DNA of 63,929 nucleotides from Candidatus Omnitrophota bacterium (GTDB lineage Bacteria; Omnitrophota; Gorgyraeia; Gygaellales; Profunditerraquicolaceae): NCBI GenBank assembly GCA_028716705.1, contig JAQUPI010000005.1, positions 1 to 63,929 of the forward strand, read 5' to 3'. Shown piece by piece: positions 63,117 to 63,929 of this stretch (position 1 is its first letter; each line of letters starts with the position of its first letter). The notes under the pieces were generated by a model. It saw only the letters and a program-made list of their open reading frames with translations, ran no database searches and was not told where the DNA came from. The position numbers and the translations under genes were made by a program.

Positions 63117-63929
63117 GGATACTTGTTACCGGAGGGGCCGGGCTGGTAGGCAGCCATAGCGCCGAATTCTTCGCGCTGAATAATCCTAAGAATGAGGTCA
63201 TTGTATTGGATAACCTTATGCGTTCCCAGATCTTTGGTTATGACAAAGGTTCGGTGGAATTTAACTGGAATTATTTAAAGAAATTCAAGAACATCGAGCG
63301 GATAAAAGGCGATGTCCGCAATGATAAGGATGTGGCCAAAGCGCTGGGTAAGGGCGTGGATATTATCATCCATACCGCCGGCCAGCCGGGGGTACCTTCG
63401 AGCGTAAGGATGCCCAAGGAGGATTTCAGCATCAACGCCTTTGGCACCCTTAATATGCTGGAGGCGGCGCGCAAAAGATCCAAAGATACGGTGGTTATCT
63501 ATTGTTCCACGAATAAAGTTTTCGGAGAGAACGTGGATAAGATCCCCCTTGAGGAAAGAGAAAAGAGGTATGTGTTCAAGGGTACGCCTGGTGTATCCGA
63601 ACAGATGTGCACGGACCTGACCGGGCACACTCCCTACGGTGTTTCCAAGCTCGTAGGCGACCTGTATGTACAGGAGTACAGTTATATTTATAAAATGAAG
63701 ACAGCGGTTTTCAGGATGTCCTGCACTTACGGGACCAGGCAGTTCGGTTTTGAGGACCAGGGGTGGGTCGCCTGGTTTATCATAGCCACGCTTTTTAACC
63801 GCCCGATCACGATCTACGGCAACGGTAAACAGGTGCGCGATATGCTTTATGTGGATGATCTTGTTGACGCCTATAATTGTTTTATCGAAAGCGACCTGGA
63901 AAGGGGCCTCTTTAATATAGGAGGCGGGC
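63113..63929 (+). CDS. CDP-paratose 2-epimerase-like extended SDR (3' end outside the window)
   Basis: Not in the ORF track because it is open-ended. I translated it by hand and found no stop codon through to 63928. MRILVTGGAGLVGSH, STNKVFG, YGVSK, EDQGWVAWF, GNGKQVRD and FNIGG closely parallel the RfbE/Tyv-type epimerases I remember. Confidence 0.75.
   Translation, partial: MRILVTGGAGLVGSHSAEFFALNNPKNEVIVLDNLMRSQIFGYDKGSVEFNWNYLKKFKNIERIKGDVRNDKDVAKALGKGVDIIIHTAGQPGVPSSVRMPKEDFSINAFGTLNMLEAARKRSKDTVVIYCSTNKVFGENVDKIPLEEREKRYVFKGTPGVSEQMCTDLTGHTPYGVSKLVGDLYVQEYSYIYKMKTAVFRMSCTYGTRQFGFEDQGWVAWFIIATLFNRPITIYGNGKQVRDMLYVDDLVDAYNCFIESDLERGLFNIGGG

Noticed and set aside
1-63929. Mobile elements, prophage, defence islands, tRNA/rRNA genes
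   Set aside because: No transposase, integrase, recombinase, phage structural, restriction or cas-like motifs were seen in any frame. No spacer is long enough or has the cloverleaf-type features of a tRNA.

Overview
This 63.9-kb window appears to come from an uncultivated diderm bacterium; I cannot place the lineage from sequence alone. All of the roughly 70 credible genes lie on the + strand. They are tightly packed, with many ATGA/TAATG-type overlaps, and every long minus-strand ORF looks like an antisense shadow.

Layout:
- 1-5.0 kb: type IV pilus assembly genes (PilX-like, pilM, pilN, pilO, a PilP/GspB-like gene, pilQ secretin).
- 5.0-16.9 kb: housekeeping genes (short DUF2344, RNase G/E, rplU, obg, proB, proA, nadD, rpe, PGM/PMM, ispH, rpsA, tyrS).
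- 16.9-41.7 kb: a large glycan-modification cluster. It holds a flippase, five glycosyltransferases, three B12-binding radical SAM enzymes (one fused to a methyltransferase), four further stand-alone class I methyltransferases, rfbF/rfbG, a carbamoyltransferase with SxtJ/SxtK-like partners, a SemiSWEET and a GT-C-like membrane protein.
- 41.8-43.2 kb: a monocistronic ferritin-like gene with its own promoter and terminator.
- 43.2-54.1 kb: a non-canonical T2SS/MSHA-like type IV filament operon. gspE-F-G-H-I-J-K, a PilM/N fusion and a PilO-like gene are followed by a mini MerR regulator, an AAA+-only ExeA-like ATPase, a PilP/GspB-like protein and a secretin with a C-terminal TonB_C-like domain.
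- 54.1-63.9 kb: a second LPS/protein-glycosylation-type cluster (GT-C, polyprenyl-P GT2, Wzy_C ligase, two GT9, manC, DegT, GT2, CDP-paratose-epimerase-like SDR truncated by the window end).

I recognised no rRNA, tRNA, CRISPR array, transposase or integrase.

The best candidates for something undescribed are:
- the hybrid T2SS/MSHA-like operon with the secretin::TonB_C fusion and its MerR-ExeA module;
- the cobalamin-radical-SAM/methyltransferase-rich glycan cluster.

Smaller oddities:
- an in-frame TGA splitting the PilX-like gene;
- a GGGACA/TGTCCC repeat family in three intergenic spacers, including a tyrS leader with alternative pairings;
- an unannotated 52-codon SxtK-like ORF;
- a 15-nt promoter-like string shared by two operon starts.

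All domain calls come from reading motifs in the translations, not from database searches.
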